Positions 1 to 9,791 of a stretch of DNA of 64,000 nt are shown one piece after another. Both the position numbers and the translations under genes were made by a program. Positions within the stretch are counted from its first letter, which is position 1; every line of letters begins with the position of its first letter. Origin of the DNA: Nitrospirales bacterium (lineage in GTDB: Bacteria > Nitrospirota > Nitrospiria > Nitrospirales > UBA8639); NCBI GenBank assembly GCA_965223295.1, contig CBDCWC010000002.1:352001-416000 (forward strand), given 5' to 3'. A model generated the notes under the pieces. The model did no database searches and was not told the origin of the DNA. It saw nothing but the letters and a program-made list of their open reading frames with translations.

Positions 1-1
1 G

Positions 2-1519
2 CATTCGGTTGATCAGGTGAGACTGGTAGAAACCCATATTTCTTGGGTGGTATTAACCGGACGGTATGCCTACAAAATTAAAAAACCCGTCGCGTTTTCG
101 TTTGTGGATTTTTTGACATTGGAAAAGCGTCGGTGGTTTTGTGAGGAAGAAATACGCCTGAATCGTCGATTGGCGCCTGATGTGTACCTGGGGACCGTTC
201 CTATTTCGGGATCGCCTACTCACCCTCACATTGATGGTCAAGGGCCGCCTTTTGAGTTCGCAGTCAAGATGAAACAATTCTCGTCCGAATCAGAGATGCA
301 CGAAATTTTGTTTGGTGGAAAAACGGCTGAAAGCACGATTATTCAATTGGCAGATAGGATAGCAATATTTCATGCAGAAATTGACAAGTCCAAAGAGGAC
401 TCATCCTATGGAAATCCCGATAGGGTTTGGCAAGCCATAAAAGAGTGTTTTGAGGAAATACCCCTCCATTTCCTGAGTCACACGACTCAGAAATGTATGA
501 CAACAATCAATAGTTGGTTACAGGAAGAATGGCATCGTGTGCACGATGTTTTCCTTCAGCGGAAAAAAACTGGCTTTGTCCGAGAATGTCATGGTGACCT
601 CCATTTAGGAAATCTTGCCATATTCGAAGGGAACGTATGCGTGTTTGATGCCTTGGAATTTGAGCCGCGTTTGCGCTGGATTGATGTCATGAGTGAGATA
701 GCCTTTTTAGTGATGGATTTACAAAAAAACGGGCGTTGGGATTTAGCCTTTGTGTTGTTGAATCGCTATGTGGAACAGACGGGGGACTATTATGGCTTGG
801 CTGTTTTCCGGTTGTATCAGGTCTATCGAGCATTGGTTCGAGCCAAGGTAACTGGTCTACGAATAATGCAGTTAGAAAATCAAAACAAGGACTCGAAACG
901 AGTTCGCCAAGAGATGGTGGCCTATCTTGATTTAGCGAATCAACTGATCAAGCCACCTGCACCCTTCTTGCTCCTGATGCATGGTGTCTCTGGAGCAGGC
1001 AAGACAACTCTATCGATAGAGGTCATTAAGAGCTTAGGCAGCATTCGCATTCGGTCTGATGTTGAACGAAAGAGGTTGGGTTCGGACAATAGAACTACAA
1101 ACTCAGAGGCAAAGGTGGAAGCGGATTTGTATACCTCAGGCATGACCCAGCGTACGTACGATCGGTTGCAGGAGTTAGCAGGAACGCTTTTGCAGAATGG
1201 GTATTCAGTGGTCGTTGATGCAGCCTTTCTTCGACAATATCAGCGACATCCATTCATACTATTAGCAAAAGAGCGAGGCTGGCCTTTTATCATTTTAGAC
1301 GTCGTTGCTCCCCAGACGGTTTTGGCACAGCGAATCAAGGGGCGTTTGCAAGAAGGGCAAGATGCGTCTGATGCCACGGTTGAAATAATGGAACATCAAC
1401 AGGAAGCCATGGAGTCTTTTATGCCAGCAGAACAATCACATGTAATTCGTGTGGATTCAACCGACCCAGAGTCAATTGTATTGGCCATCAAAAAACTGAA
1501 AAGAATACTTGAAGGTTGA
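2..1519 (+). CDS. Bifunctional aminoglycoside phosphotransferase-like / P-loop kinase (AAA_33) protein, 5'-partial
   Basis: ETHISWV start motif, ECHGDLHLGN phosphotransferase motif, C-terminal Walker A GVSGAGKT and RSDVERKRL. The frame is open from position 2 (HSVDQVRLVETH), so the true start probably lies before the window. Confidence 0.85.
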   Translation, partial: HSVDQVRLVETHISWVVLTGRYAYKIKKPVAFSFVDFLTLEKRRWFCEEEIRLNRRLAPDVYLGTVPISGSPTHPHIDGQGPPFEFAVKMKQFSSESEMHEILFGGKTAESTIIQLADRIAIFHAEIDKSKEDSSYGNPDRVWQAIKECFEEIPLHFLSHTTQKCMTTINSWLQEEWHRVHDVFLQRKKTGFVRECHGDLHLGNLAIFEGNVCVFDALEFEPRLRWIDVMSEIAFLVMDLQKNGRWDLAFVLLNRYVEQTGDYYGLAVFRLYQVYRALVRAKVTGLRIMQLENQNKDSKRVRQEMVAYLDLANQLIKPPAPFLLLMHGVSGAGKTTLSIEVIKSLGSIRIRSDVERKRLGSDNRTTNSEAKVEADLYTSGMTQRTYDRLQELAGTLLQNGYSVVVDAAFLRQYQRHPFILLAKERGWPFIILDVVAPQTVLAQRIKGRLQEGQDASDATVEIMEHQQEAMESFMPAEQSHVIRVDSTDPESIVLAIKKLKRILEG

Positions 1520-2224
1520 ATTGTCAAAAATCGGGAATCTCTTATGGCTAACAAGATCTTTTGCTTATTTTATGCCATTAGCGCGGATGTTGTGGAGCTA
1601 TCTAAAGGATGCCCAACCTTGTTATTGAGATGGATTGGTTGAGTGTGGGATGTAGAAAAGTATTGTGAGTTCTCTCATATGTCCGCAGCTCGTTAAATCA
1701 AATCTACGACCTTTCTTTTCACCAGGTCTCTTTCCTATCCGTCACATAGTCTTGTCGTGCGCCCGTTTCTTTGGCTCGAAGCGCAGAGTTATGAGACAAC
1801 AAGAGCAGGACGGGATCTGTTGCAATTCCTTCTAGCTTATGTGCCGGCGATGAACGGGTGGTCGTATACATAGTCTATGGGATTCCTTGGAATGGAGTGA
1901 CTGATTCTATTGTGCCTTGAGGAATTGAAAGAAACACGCTCAGTATTGAACTGGGTAAGAAAAGAAAGGGAGAGGTTGGAACTCTTAGATATTGAGGATT
2001 ATTCATGTGTGCCTACAGCTATGAGTATCGTGTCTTACAAGCCCACTATGCATCTAACCATTTTTTGAATGATTTCTGACTCGGGCCTGTCATGTCTGGA
2101 CGCTCCCTAGCGGTACTCTTCTTTCCCGGATAACCTCAAACATTTTCTTGTATAGAAGAGAGACATTATGGTTCACTGATGACAAGAGAAATACTTGCTT
2201 CATTCTTTCCTTTAAATTCACGAT

Positions 2225-4282
2225 ATGGAGGCGACTATTTCATCTGTTCTTTCAACTGACCGTTTGTACAAGACTTTGCTGAGTGTTGCCGAGGTTATTG
2301 CGGTTAATCGGGATCTTCCTGCATTGTTTGAGGCCCTTGCACGGCATATTCCGCAGGTGGTCCATGTGGATTTTCTTGCGTTGGCCCTTCATCACCCTGA
2401 ACGACAGATCATTCAAGATTATATTATCCAAGCAAATGTACCTGCTGATATTGAAGGAAAAAAGGAATGGAGTATAGATAGCCATCCGGCAGGCACCGTG
2501 GTGCAAAGTCAGGAGCCGGTTTTAGTCTCCGATCTCACGATCGATCAACGCTACCCTGACGTGTTTTCCTATATGCGAAAAGATAGGGTAAAGTCCCTGT
2601 GTGCGCTTCCGTTGACGACTGCCGTGAGGCCTTTGGGGGCCTTGATTTTTGCCAGTCGTGAAAAAGGAACTTACCGTGAATCAGATGTTGATTTTCTTTC
2701 ACAAATGGCAAAGCATATTGCGGTAGCCATCGATAATGTTCTTCACGTCCAGGAACTCACCAAAGAACGGGATTGCTCGCGCCTTTTGTTGGAAGTCAAT
2801 AATGCCGTGGTTTCTAATCTAGAGCTAGACGAACTCTTCTCGTCCATTTGCACGTCATTGCGTCGGGTTATCCCTCATCAAATTACCAGTTTGTATCGAT
2901 ATCTGCCTGAAACACATTCCTTCACAAGGCATGTCTTAGATGCGTCAAGTACAAAGGGTGTCCTTCAACCAGGAGAGAGTATTGGCTTTGATGAATTGCC
3001 AGCAGGCCAAGCGGTTTACAACCGTGCGGCTATCGTGATGAATGAGGCAGAGCTAAAAGACAATCAATCACCTACGGCGCAGCAATTGTTAGCTGAAGGT
3101 ATGAAAACCTGTTTTTATGCTCCTCTTGTTGTGCGAGATGAAGTAATCGGCACATTGAACATGGCGAGTTCTCAGGAAGGAGTGTTTAGTGAGGAAGCCT
3201 CCGAATTACTTATGCAAGTGGTCAAACAAATTGCTATTGCGTTCGATAACGCCTTGGCCTACGAAAAAATTCAGACATTAAAAGAAGAACTCGCACAAGA
3301 GAATGTGTATTTAAAAGAAGAGATTCGGACGGAGCAGAATTTTGAGGACATTATTGGAGAGAGTGCCGAACTGAAGGAGGTGCTCCAGCAATTGGAAATC
3401 GTAGCTCCTACGGACTCAACCGTATTGATTCAGGGGGAAACGGGAACAGGAAAGGAGTTGATTGCACGGGCTCTGCATCAACTGAGTTCTCGCAAAGAAC
3501 GGGCGTTTGTCAAGCTGAACTGTGCAGCGATTCCGACAGGTTTATTAGAAAGCGAATTATTTGGGCATGAAAAAGGAGCATTTACCGGAGCCATTGCGAC
3601 GAAAGTTGGCCGATTTGAGCTTGCCCATCGGGGGACAATTTTCCTGGACGAAGTCGGTGAAATTCCTTTGGAGCTGCAATCCAAGTTGTTACGCGTCCTG
3701 CAAGAGCAAGAGTTTGAACGTTTGGGAAGTACGCGCACGATTCAAGTGGATGTGCGCTTGGTGGCGGCGACTAATCGTGATTTGCCCAAAATGGTTGAGA
3801 CTGGACAATTTCGAAGCGATTTGTATTATCGGTTGAGTGTGTTTCCTTTAACGATTCCCGCTCTTCGTCAACGTGTGAAAGACATCCCTATCCTGGTTCG
3901 CTACTTTACCCAACGTTATGCCCAGCGCATGAATAAAACAATTAGCACCATTCCAAGCAAGGCGATGGAAATACTGTCACGCTATCATTGGCCTGGTAAC
4001 ATTCGTGAGTTAGAAAACCTGATCGAACGGGCTGTGATCCTGACGCAAGGTGAAGCACTTGTCATTCCTTTGGCAGAACTCAAAGCGGCACCGCAATTTA
4101 CGAAGCTATCTCCTCAGCCCACCGACACGTTGCAAAACGTCGAACATGATCATATCCTTCAAGCCCTTCGTGAAACGAAATGGGTTGTCGGCGGAGCGGC
4201 CGGGGCAGCCCATCGATTAGGTATGAAGCGAACGACCCTGATCTCAAAAATGAAAAAGCTGAATATCTCCCGCCCACAATAG
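2225..4282 (+). CDS. FhlA-like sigma54-dependent transcriptional activator (two GAF domains, AAA+, HTH)
   Basis: GETGTGKE Walker [16 protein letters not shown] loop, FLDEVGE Walker [12 protein letters not shown]-terminal HTH ([12 protein letters not shown]); two N-terminal GAF-like segments. Confidence 0.93.
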   Translation: MEATISSVLSTDRLYKTLLSVAEVIAVNRDLPALFEALARHIPQVVHVDFLALALHHPERQIIQDYIIQANVPADIEGKKEWSIDSHPAGTVVQSQEPVLVSDLTIDQRYPDVFSYMRKDRVKSLCALPLTTAVRPLGALIFASREKGTYRESDVDFLSQMAKHIAVAIDNVLHVQELTKERDCSRLLLEVNNAVVSNLELDELFSSICTSLRRVIPHQITSLYRYLPETHSFTRHVLDASSTKGVLQPGESIGFDELPAGQAVYNRAAIVMNEAELKDNQSPTAQQLLAEGMKTCFYAPLVVRDEVIGTLNMASSQEGVFSEEASELLMQVVKQIAIAFDNALAYEKIQTLKEELAQENVYLKEEIRTEQNFEDIIGESAELKEVLQQLEIVAPTDSTVLIQGETGTGKELIARALHQLSSRKERAFVKLNCAAIPTGLLESELFGHEKGAFTGAIATKVGRFELAHRGTIFLDEVGEIPLELQSKLLRVLQEQEFERLGSTRTIQVDVRLVAATNRDLPKMVETGQFRSDLYYRLSVFPLTIPALRQRVKDIPILVRYFTQRYAQRMNKTISTIPSKAMEILSRYHWPGNIRELENLIERAVILTQGEALVIPLAELKAAPQFTKLSPQPTDTLQNVEHDHILQALRETKWVVGGAAGAAHRLGMKRTTLISKMKKLNISRPQ

Positions 4283-4287
4283 TTCTT

Positions 4288-4339
4288 GTGTCGTCGCATC
4301 ATCATTTGTCGATATATCGTCATTGATAGTTCGACATAC
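4288..4339 (+). promoter_or_regulatory. Putative upstream activator sequence, copy 1 (two 18-bp tandem units plus GTTCGACA)
   Basis: tgtcgtcgcatcatcatt / tgtcgatatatcgtcatt tandem units; near-identical copy at 6743-6795; starts 130 bp before a -24 GG. Confidence 0.75.
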
Positions 4340-4416
4340 TTCCTGTTTCTTGTTTTCTTCTGATTTAAAAGCCAGTAAAAACAAGTAGTTAGGAATGAGT
4401 GTGGGCTCTTAGGAGT

Positions 4417-4432
4417 TGGAATGGCCTTTGCG
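4417..4432 (+). promoter_or_regulatory. Sigma54 (-24/-12) promoter
   Basis: TGGAATGGCCTTTGCG: GG at 4418-4419 and GC at 4430-4431 with the canonical 10-nt spacer; lies downstream of a sigma54 activator gene. Confidence 0.75.
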
Positions 4433-4472
4433 ATGTTCTGGACAGAATATACATTCAAACCAGGAGGTCATC

Positions 4473-4730
4473 ATGAGAAAAGGCATTCATATCATCAGTC
4501 GGTTATTCGCAGTAGCGGGGCTTACTGTTTTGGGACTGAGTATTCCGGCTTGGGCTGTTGAAGAGCCAGCGAACGGCTTGAACCAACTCATCCAAGGATT
4601 CCAAACAGAATGGAGACAACCAGTCTCCTCGGTGATCGAAAAGAGTCCATCCGAGTTCACAGAGTTGAATGTGAATCTCTCAGACATTGGTGGCTCACAT
4701 TTTCATGCCCGAGGTGTTTTTGGTCAATAG
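4473..4730 (+). CDS. Small secreted hypothetical protein (85 aa)
   Basis: Strong RBS CAGGAGG before ATG 4473; signal-peptide-like N-terminus ending AWA; first gene after the sigma54 promoter. Confidence 0.6.
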   Translation: MRKGIHIISRLFAVAGLTVLGLSIPAWAVEEPANGLNQLIQGFQTEWRQPVSSVIEKSPSEFTELNVNLSDIGGSHFHARGVFGQ

Positions 4731-5056
4731 ATGCAAGAATCCGCAGAGGTGACAAGGCCGATGGATATCAACTTGATGAGGCCACCTGCCTTCTCCTCAT
4801 GGGTAGACAAAGCAGAAACGAAGTTCCCTGCCAGTCGTGTTGGTTCGAAGAAGTCCGTGCTTGGGAAATTGTTCTCCAAAGTAGAGTTTTTACCAAATCG
4901 CTTCACTGTGGCCAGATCAAACAATCCAGAGGGAATGGTGTTGTTTGCATTCTAAGGCCGCAAGTGGGTCTTTGAAAAAAATATTGTATTGCAACTGCAA
5001 CGATTCTACATTGAATGCACATTATTCAATCATCTATCCATGAGGGAGCTGTAGAC

Positions 5057-5740
5057 ATGAAGGAAATGACTATCATCGTGAGCCTCTTGGGGCTAGGACT
5101 TTTAGTGACTGTTCTGGCGTTTGGGAAACCTGGCCTTTCCCTGAGCGATCAAGAACACCGTTTGTTTGAGGCTGTCGCCAACAATGATGTACTCACGGTG
5201 CAGACCTTAGTGAAGAATGGCGTGAATATCAACACACAGGATGTTCGAGGGCGCACTGCTTTATTGGTCGCAGTCGAGAAGCATGATGTTGAGAGCGCGA
5301 AGGTTTTACTCGATGCAGGCGCGGATGTGAATATTCAAGATCAAAAACAAGATAGTCCGCTCTTATTAGCTGGAGCTGAAGGCATGGTCGACATCATGAA
5401 ACTCATGCTGAAAGCGAAACCAGACTTTACGCTGTATAATCGCTTCGGTGGCACCTCGCTCGTTCCGGCTGCTGAGCGGGGTCATGTGAAGATGGTGAAA
5501 TTGTTAGTGAATACAAAAGTCGATATCGACCATGTCAATCATCTGGGCTGGACAGCCTTGTTAGAGGCCATTGTCCTGAGTGATGGGGGGGCGCGTCATC
5601 AACAAATTGTCCAGATTCTGGTAGATGCCGGAGCGAATGTGAATATTGCTGATAAGGAAGGTGTCACTCCCTTGCAGCATGCCCGACAAAAAGGGTTTCA
5701 AGAGATTGTCAAGATTTTAGAATTGGCTGGAGCCAAATAG
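5057..5740 (+). CDS. Ankyrin repeat protein with N-terminal signal/anchor
   Basis: Repeated ankyrin motifs (GRTALLVAV, DSPLLLAG, GWTALLEAI, GVTPLQHA; LLDAGADVN). Start moved to ATG 5057 after GAGGGAG. Confidence 0.9.
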   Translation: MKEMTIIVSLLGLGLLVTVLAFGKPGLSLSDQEHRLFEAVANNDVLTVQTLVKNGVNINTQDVRGRTALLVAVEKHDVESAKVLLDAGADVNIQDQKQDSPLLLAGAEGMVDIMKLMLKAKPDFTLYNRFGGTSLVPAAERGHVKMVKLLVNTKVDIDHVNHLGWTALLEAIVLSDGGARHQQIVQILVDAGANVNIADKEGVTPLQHARQKGFQEIVKILELAGAK

Positions 5741-5791
5741 TCAGAACAGCACAGCATAACTTTTTATCTTACAAGGAGGATCAAACAAACG

Positions 5792-6319
5792 GTGAACACA
5801 CAACGAATCACTGCAAAACTTGGCTTGCTCACTTGTTGTTTCGCGGGACTGATGATTGGGCAGGCCCAAGCGGCGGACTTACCGAAAGAAAGTGTACTGC
5901 CGCTGGCCATGGCAACGAAGGCCGCGCATGCAACCGTCGATAAATGTTTAGCTGATGGCTACCGGGTTAGCGTGACGGTCGTAGACCAAGGTGGAAATAT
6001 TCGTGCCGTCTTACGACAGGATGGCACCGGGCCACACACGCTCGAAAGCAGCCGGAAGAAAGCCTATACCTCAGCCAGTATGAAACAGCCCACGGCGAAG
6101 CTCGCCGACTTAATAGCAAAGATGCCAGCGCTTCAAGGTTTGCAACGCATGAATGACCATATGCTGCTATTAGCTGGCGGGTTGCCGATTAAATTCGGTG
6201 ATGCCGTGGTTGGCGGGATTGGTGTGGGTGGCGCACCGGGCGGCCATCTAGATGCAGCTTGCGCACAGGCAGGTCTCGATAGTATCGGTGCCGCGCCACA
6301 GCTTGAGGCGAAAAAATAA
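5792..6319 (+). CDS. GlcG/HbpS family heme-binding protein, exported
   Basis: VSVTVVD..G, KAYTSAS, GGLPI....VVGGIGVGGAPGG.D..CA motifs; signal peptide AQA; RBS AGGAGG. Confidence 0.88.
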   Translation: MNTQRITAKLGLLTCCFAGLMIGQAQAADLPKESVLPLAMATKAAHATVDKCLADGYRVSVTVVDQGGNIRAVLRQDGTGPHTLESSRKKAYTSASMKQPTAKLADLIAKMPALQGLQRMNDHMLLLAGGLPIKFGDAVVGGIGVGGAPGGHLDAACAQAGLDSIGAAPQLEAKK

Positions 6320-6352
6320 ATTTCAGAAACTTTATAAGATCGTTAAATAAGG

Positions 6353-6389
6353 AAGAGGCGGCTCTATTGAGGCCGCCTCTTTTTTTTTT
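6353..6389 (+). terminator. Rho-independent terminator
   Basis: aagaggcggc...gccgcctctt stem followed by a long T run, right after the GlcG/HbpS gene. Confidence 0.85.
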
Positions 6390-6512
6390 GAGAACAAGTG
6401 TCGTAACACCATTTCTCACTCGGAGTGTTGAATAATGTGTGAAAACTTGTACTTCCGTTGACAGACAGTGTCAGGTTCATTGCTCTCTGACGTGTTAACG
6501 AGTTTTTCTCTG

Positions 6513-6588
6513 GTCATGCCCGCAGTACGAAGCGGGCATCCAGTCCTCTCTTGTCGTCAACCTGGATTCCCGCCTTCGCGGGAATGAC
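6513..6588. repeat. REP-like palindromic element
   Basis: gtcatgcccgc..gcgggcatccag ... ctggattcccgccttcgcgggaatgac: two internal hairpins inside an outer inverted repeat. Confidence 0.7.
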
Positions 6589-6742
6589 CTGGCTCCCAAA
6601 CTCCTATGGCTCCTGTCTTAAACCTTATTGAACATTGTCAGAGAGATGAAATATAAGTTTCTACAAATAATGAGGATATCAAAGGCTGCATTTCGCCATA
6701 ACACCCTTGCCGATCAACAGACCTTTGCTTGATTTATTTGCC

Positions 6743-6795
6743 GTGTCGTCTCATCATCATTCGTCGATATGTCGTCATGTCTTTGTTCGACACAC
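6743..6795 (+). promoter_or_regulatory. Putative upstream activator sequence, copy 2
   Basis: gtgtcgtctcatcatcattcgtcgatatgtcgtcat...gttcgacacac, aligns with 4288-4339; starts 131 bp before a -24 GG. Confidence 0.75.
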
Positions 6796-6872
6796 GCTTC
6801 TTGCCGTTTTGGCAATCTAGAAAAACCTCCATTCATTTAAGTGTTTGTAGATAATCTAGTACTCTGTGGCCT

Positions 6873-6888
6873 TGGCATGCCTTATGCG
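6873..6888 (+). promoter_or_regulatory. Sigma54 (-24/-12) promoter
   Basis: TGGCATGCCTTATGCG: GG at 6874-6875, GC at 6886-6887, 10-nt spacer; upstream of the DoxX gene. Confidence 0.8.
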
Positions 6889-6969
6889 TGGTTTAAACAT
6901 GAGAAGGGCAACAAGATCAAGAGTATGAAACCCACATCTTAGACACTTTTATCTACAGGAGGCAAAATC

Positions 6970-7467
6970 ATGAAAGCATTTTTTCAAACAGATGACAGAT
7001 GGACCGGGTTGATCTTACGAGTCATGTTGGCCGTGGTTATTTTCCCTCATGGTGCCCAAAAGCTGTTGGGATGGTTTGGTGGAAACGGGTTTGAGGGAAC
7101 TATGGGATTTTTCACACAGCAAGGGATGCCATGGTTAATCGCATTCTTAGTCATTATTGGTGAGGCGCTGGGAGCGGTGGCATTAGTGCTGGGGTTCCTG
7201 ACTCGATTTTCGGCAGGAAGTATTGGAATCATTATGCTGGGCGCTATTGCAATGGTGCATTGGCCACATGGATTCTTTATGAATTGGTTTGGTCAACAGG
7301 CAGGGGAGGGATTTGAATTTCATCTCTTAGTGATTGGCATGACTCTCGCTTTAATCGTCAATGGTGCTGGAAAGTGGTCAGTTGATGGCGTAATTGCACA
7401 AAAATTCAGTGCGTCTTCATTCGAAAACAATGATGTCGGTCAAAAATTGGCCACATCAGCGGCCTAA
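6970..7467 (+). CDS. DoxX family membrane protein
   Basis: [45 protein letters not shown] motifs; RBS CAGGAGG. Confidence 0.92.
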   Translation: MKAFFQTDDRWTGLILRVMLAVVIFPHGAQKLLGWFGGNGFEGTMGFFTQQGMPWLIAFLVIIGEALGAVALVLGFLTRFSAGSIGIIMLGAIAMVHWPHGFFMNWFGQQAGEGFEFHLLVIGMTLALIVNGAGKWSVDGVIAQKFSASSFENNDVGQKLATSAA

Positions 7468-7489
7468 TTTATATGGGAAGAAAACGCAT

Positions 7490-7746
7490 ATGCTTCGCTT
7501 GACTCTCGAAAAACCTTCTTCTGGATCAACCCTTACACTCGAAGGACGATTGGTTGGTCCGTCCAGTCCGGCCCTGAGCTTGTCGAAGCGAAGGCCACGG
7601 CCATTGTGGGAGAGGTCACCGCGAGAGCATCGCAGGATTCGAAACAGAAACCTATGGCCTTGTCCCGACATAATCTCTATCGCAACTTCTGTACGCTTGA
7701 TCATGGTGAGTTTGTTTACGAAATCACCTGTGGAGAAAAGGAGTGA
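7490..7746 (+). pseudogene. Probable small STAS-like gene disrupted by a repeat fragment
   Basis: N-terminus MLRLTLEK...TLTLEGRLVGP resembles small STAS-like proteins. It is followed at 7560-7602 by a piece of the intergenic repeat family, after which a different frame reads AIVGEVT. Confidence 0.45.
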
Positions 7747-7751
7747 GTGGT

Positions 7752-7952
7752 ATGAAGCATTTTATTGCTATGCTTATACTGACCTTCTTCACATCCAGCA
7801 TGGCCGTCACCAAAGATCTTCCTCCCAACACGGCAAAGATCGTGTACGTTCATGCTGGTCCCGAAGTGATCAGGACACAACTAATGCGATCGCCTGTGCC
7901 GTATGCGGGCTTTAGCCAAAGTGACCTGCATGATGCCCTAGCTTCAAATTAG
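7752..7952 (+). CDS. Small hypothetical protein with signal-peptide-like N-terminus
   Basis: RBS AAGGAG, hydrophobic N-terminus; may be a remnant. Confidence 0.4.
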   Translation: MKHFIAMLILTFFTSSMAVTKDLPPNTAKIVYVHAGPEVIRTQLMRSPVPYAGFSQSDLHDALASN

Positions 7953-8004
7953 CGGGCGGCCACCACTCAAAAATAACGAACGCTCTGGAGAGAAAGGAGG
8001 CGTT

Positions 8005-8451
8005 ATGAAAACACAATATTTGGGACATGTCGTGTTTTATGTCAAAGATTTGGAACAGTCGCTCAAATTTTATCGAGACCTTTTAGGATTTCAAGAAGTT
8101 GGACGTGTGTTTGAGGGAAAGGCTGTGGCTTTAACCACGGGCCGGACTCACCAGGAGCTGCTCTTGATTCAAGTGGGTGATGTCCCAGGGCCTGCATCTG
8201 GTTTGCGTCGAGGCCTGTACCATATTGGGCTTAAGATTGGTGATAGCCTAGATGAACTCCGGTCTGCTAAAAAAGAAATTGAACAAGCTGGAATTTCAAT
8301 TTCTGGAATGAGCGATCATACGGTAAGTCAGAGTCTCTATCTTCATGATCCTGATAGAAATGAAGTCGAGTTGTATGTTGATGATCCGGCAAGCGATTGG
8401 CAGAGGAATCCCATGTTGGTCTTATCGCCTATTAAGCCTCTTGTGTTGTAA
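8005..8451 (+). CDS. VOC (glyoxalase/dioxygenase) family protein
   Basis: LGHVVFYVKDL, GLYHIG, SLYLHDPD.NEVEL metal-ligand pattern; RBS AGGAGG. Confidence 0.9.
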   Translation: MKTQYLGHVVFYVKDLEQSLKFYRDLLGFQEVGRVFEGKAVALTTGRTHQELLLIQVGDVPGPASGLRRGLYHIGLKIGDSLDELRSAKKEIEQAGISISGMSDHTVSQSLYLHDPDRNEVELYVDDPASDWQRNPMLVLSPIKPLVL

Positions 8452-8558
8452 GCAATCGTGTGATGATTCTAGACGCCGGATGGCGGTTGAAGGGTTTGAA
8501 TGAAAATTTCGGCAATAGAACACGCTCATCTAGTTCAATTTTTTACACAGGCCATCTT

Positions 8559-9791
8559 ATGATGAAACAGATCGCGACCTTTCCTTTACTCTTGGCCTTT
8601 TTGGCTACGGCTTTAGGTCTCACCGCGTGCGAACAAGAAGCCGGAACGGCACCAGCGCCTCCGCCACCGGAAGTGAAAGTGATTACTGTTGAGCCAAAGA
8701 CCATTCCTGATGAGGTAGAGTTTATTGGTCAAACGGATTCATTTCGGCCTGTCGAGATTCGAGCTCAAGTGACAGGAATTATTAAGAAAGTATTTTTTAC
8801 TGAAGGGCGAGATGTGCAAAAAGGCGATAAGCTCTATCTGATTGATCCCATCCCATTTAAAGCGGCAGCTGGAAGTGCTAAAGGGCAAGTGGGGCAGACA
8901 GTCGCACGTTTAGCAAAAGCCCGGGCAGAGTTAGCCCGCGTTCGGCCTCTGGTTGAAGAACAAGCCGTGAGTCAAAAAGATGTGGACGACGCAATAGCTG
9001 AAGAGTTAGCGGCCGAGTCGGCGCTTGTCTCGGCGAAAGCCGAATATGACAAAGCTCGCTTTGACTTGAAAAATACCCTGATTGTTGCGCCTGTGTCTGG
9101 GCGAATTGAAAGAAGTCAGCTTTACGAAGGCCGTCTCGTGTCAGCACAAACAGACCTTCTCACCAGTATTCATCAAATGGACCCGATGTACGTGAATGTC
9201 AATGTGCCAGAAAGTTATATCCTACGGCGGCAACGCGAGTTGTCTGAACAGCGTGTGGAACGTCCCGATCTCTTCCAGCTGCGGGGGCTTATGACGATGG
9301 CCGATGGCTCAACGTATCCCCATGAGGGGACATTGGATTTCGCGGGAACGGGGTTTCGTTCAGAAACCGGTTCGTTGCAGTCTCGTTTTGTGTTTCCCAA
9401 CATTCGTCAACGCTCAGTTCCTGGTGATCGGGATGATCGTCCAATTTATGCGCTGTTTCCAGGCCAGTTCGTCAAAATTCTGGTTAAAGGGTATATGCGA
9501 ACAAACGCGATGCTGGTGCCGCAGCGCGCGGTGCAGCAAGGGCCGCAAGGGACATTTCTGTTTGTTGTGGGAGAGAATGATGTCTGTGACCTTCGTCCAG
9601 TTAAAGCCAGCTTATGGAAAGGTGCTGAATGGGTCATTGAAGATGGGTTGCAACATGGAGACCGGGTAGTCGTTGAAGGATTTCATCGAGTTCGACCCGG
9701 CAATCAAGTCAAACCGATTCCCTATCAGGCTACGCTGTCCCCAACCCAAGAGCATACTGTAGACGAGTCGAAATCCGCAGAAGTGTCATGA
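8559..9791 (+). CDS. RND efflux periplasmic adaptor (membrane fusion lipoprotein)
   Basis: Lipobox LTAC, VEIRAQVTG, I.APVSGRI, VPQRAV; overlaps the permease start. Start trimmed to ATG 8559. Confidence 0.92.
   Translation: MMKQIATFPLLLAFLATALGLTACEQEAGTAPAPPPPEVKVITVEPKTIPDEVEFIGQTDSFRPVEIRAQVTGIIKKVFFTEGRDVQKGDKLYLIDPIPFKAAAGSAKGQVGQTVARLAKARAELARVRPLVEEQAVSQKDVDDAIAEELAAESALVSAKAEYDKARFDLKNTLIVAPVSGRIERSQLYEGRLVSAQTDLLTSIHQMDPMYVNVNVPESYILRRQRELSEQRVERPDLFQLRGLMTMADGSTYPHEGTLDFAGTGFRSETGSLQSRFVFPNIRQRSVPGDRDDRPIYALFPGQFVKILVKGYMRTNAMLVPQRAVQQGPQGTFLFVVGENDVCDLRPVKASLWKGAEWVIEDGLQHGDRVVVEGFHRVRPGNQVKPIPYQATLSPTQEHTVDESKSAEVS

Noticed and set aside
2225-4282. Calling the activator fhlA with a formate hydrogenlyase role
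   Set aside because: No hydrogenase or formate dehydrogenase genes nearby; only the domain architecture is shared.
4731-4955. 74-aa ORF between the small secreted gene and the ankyrin gene
   Set aside because: No RBS or recognisable motif; cannot be supported.
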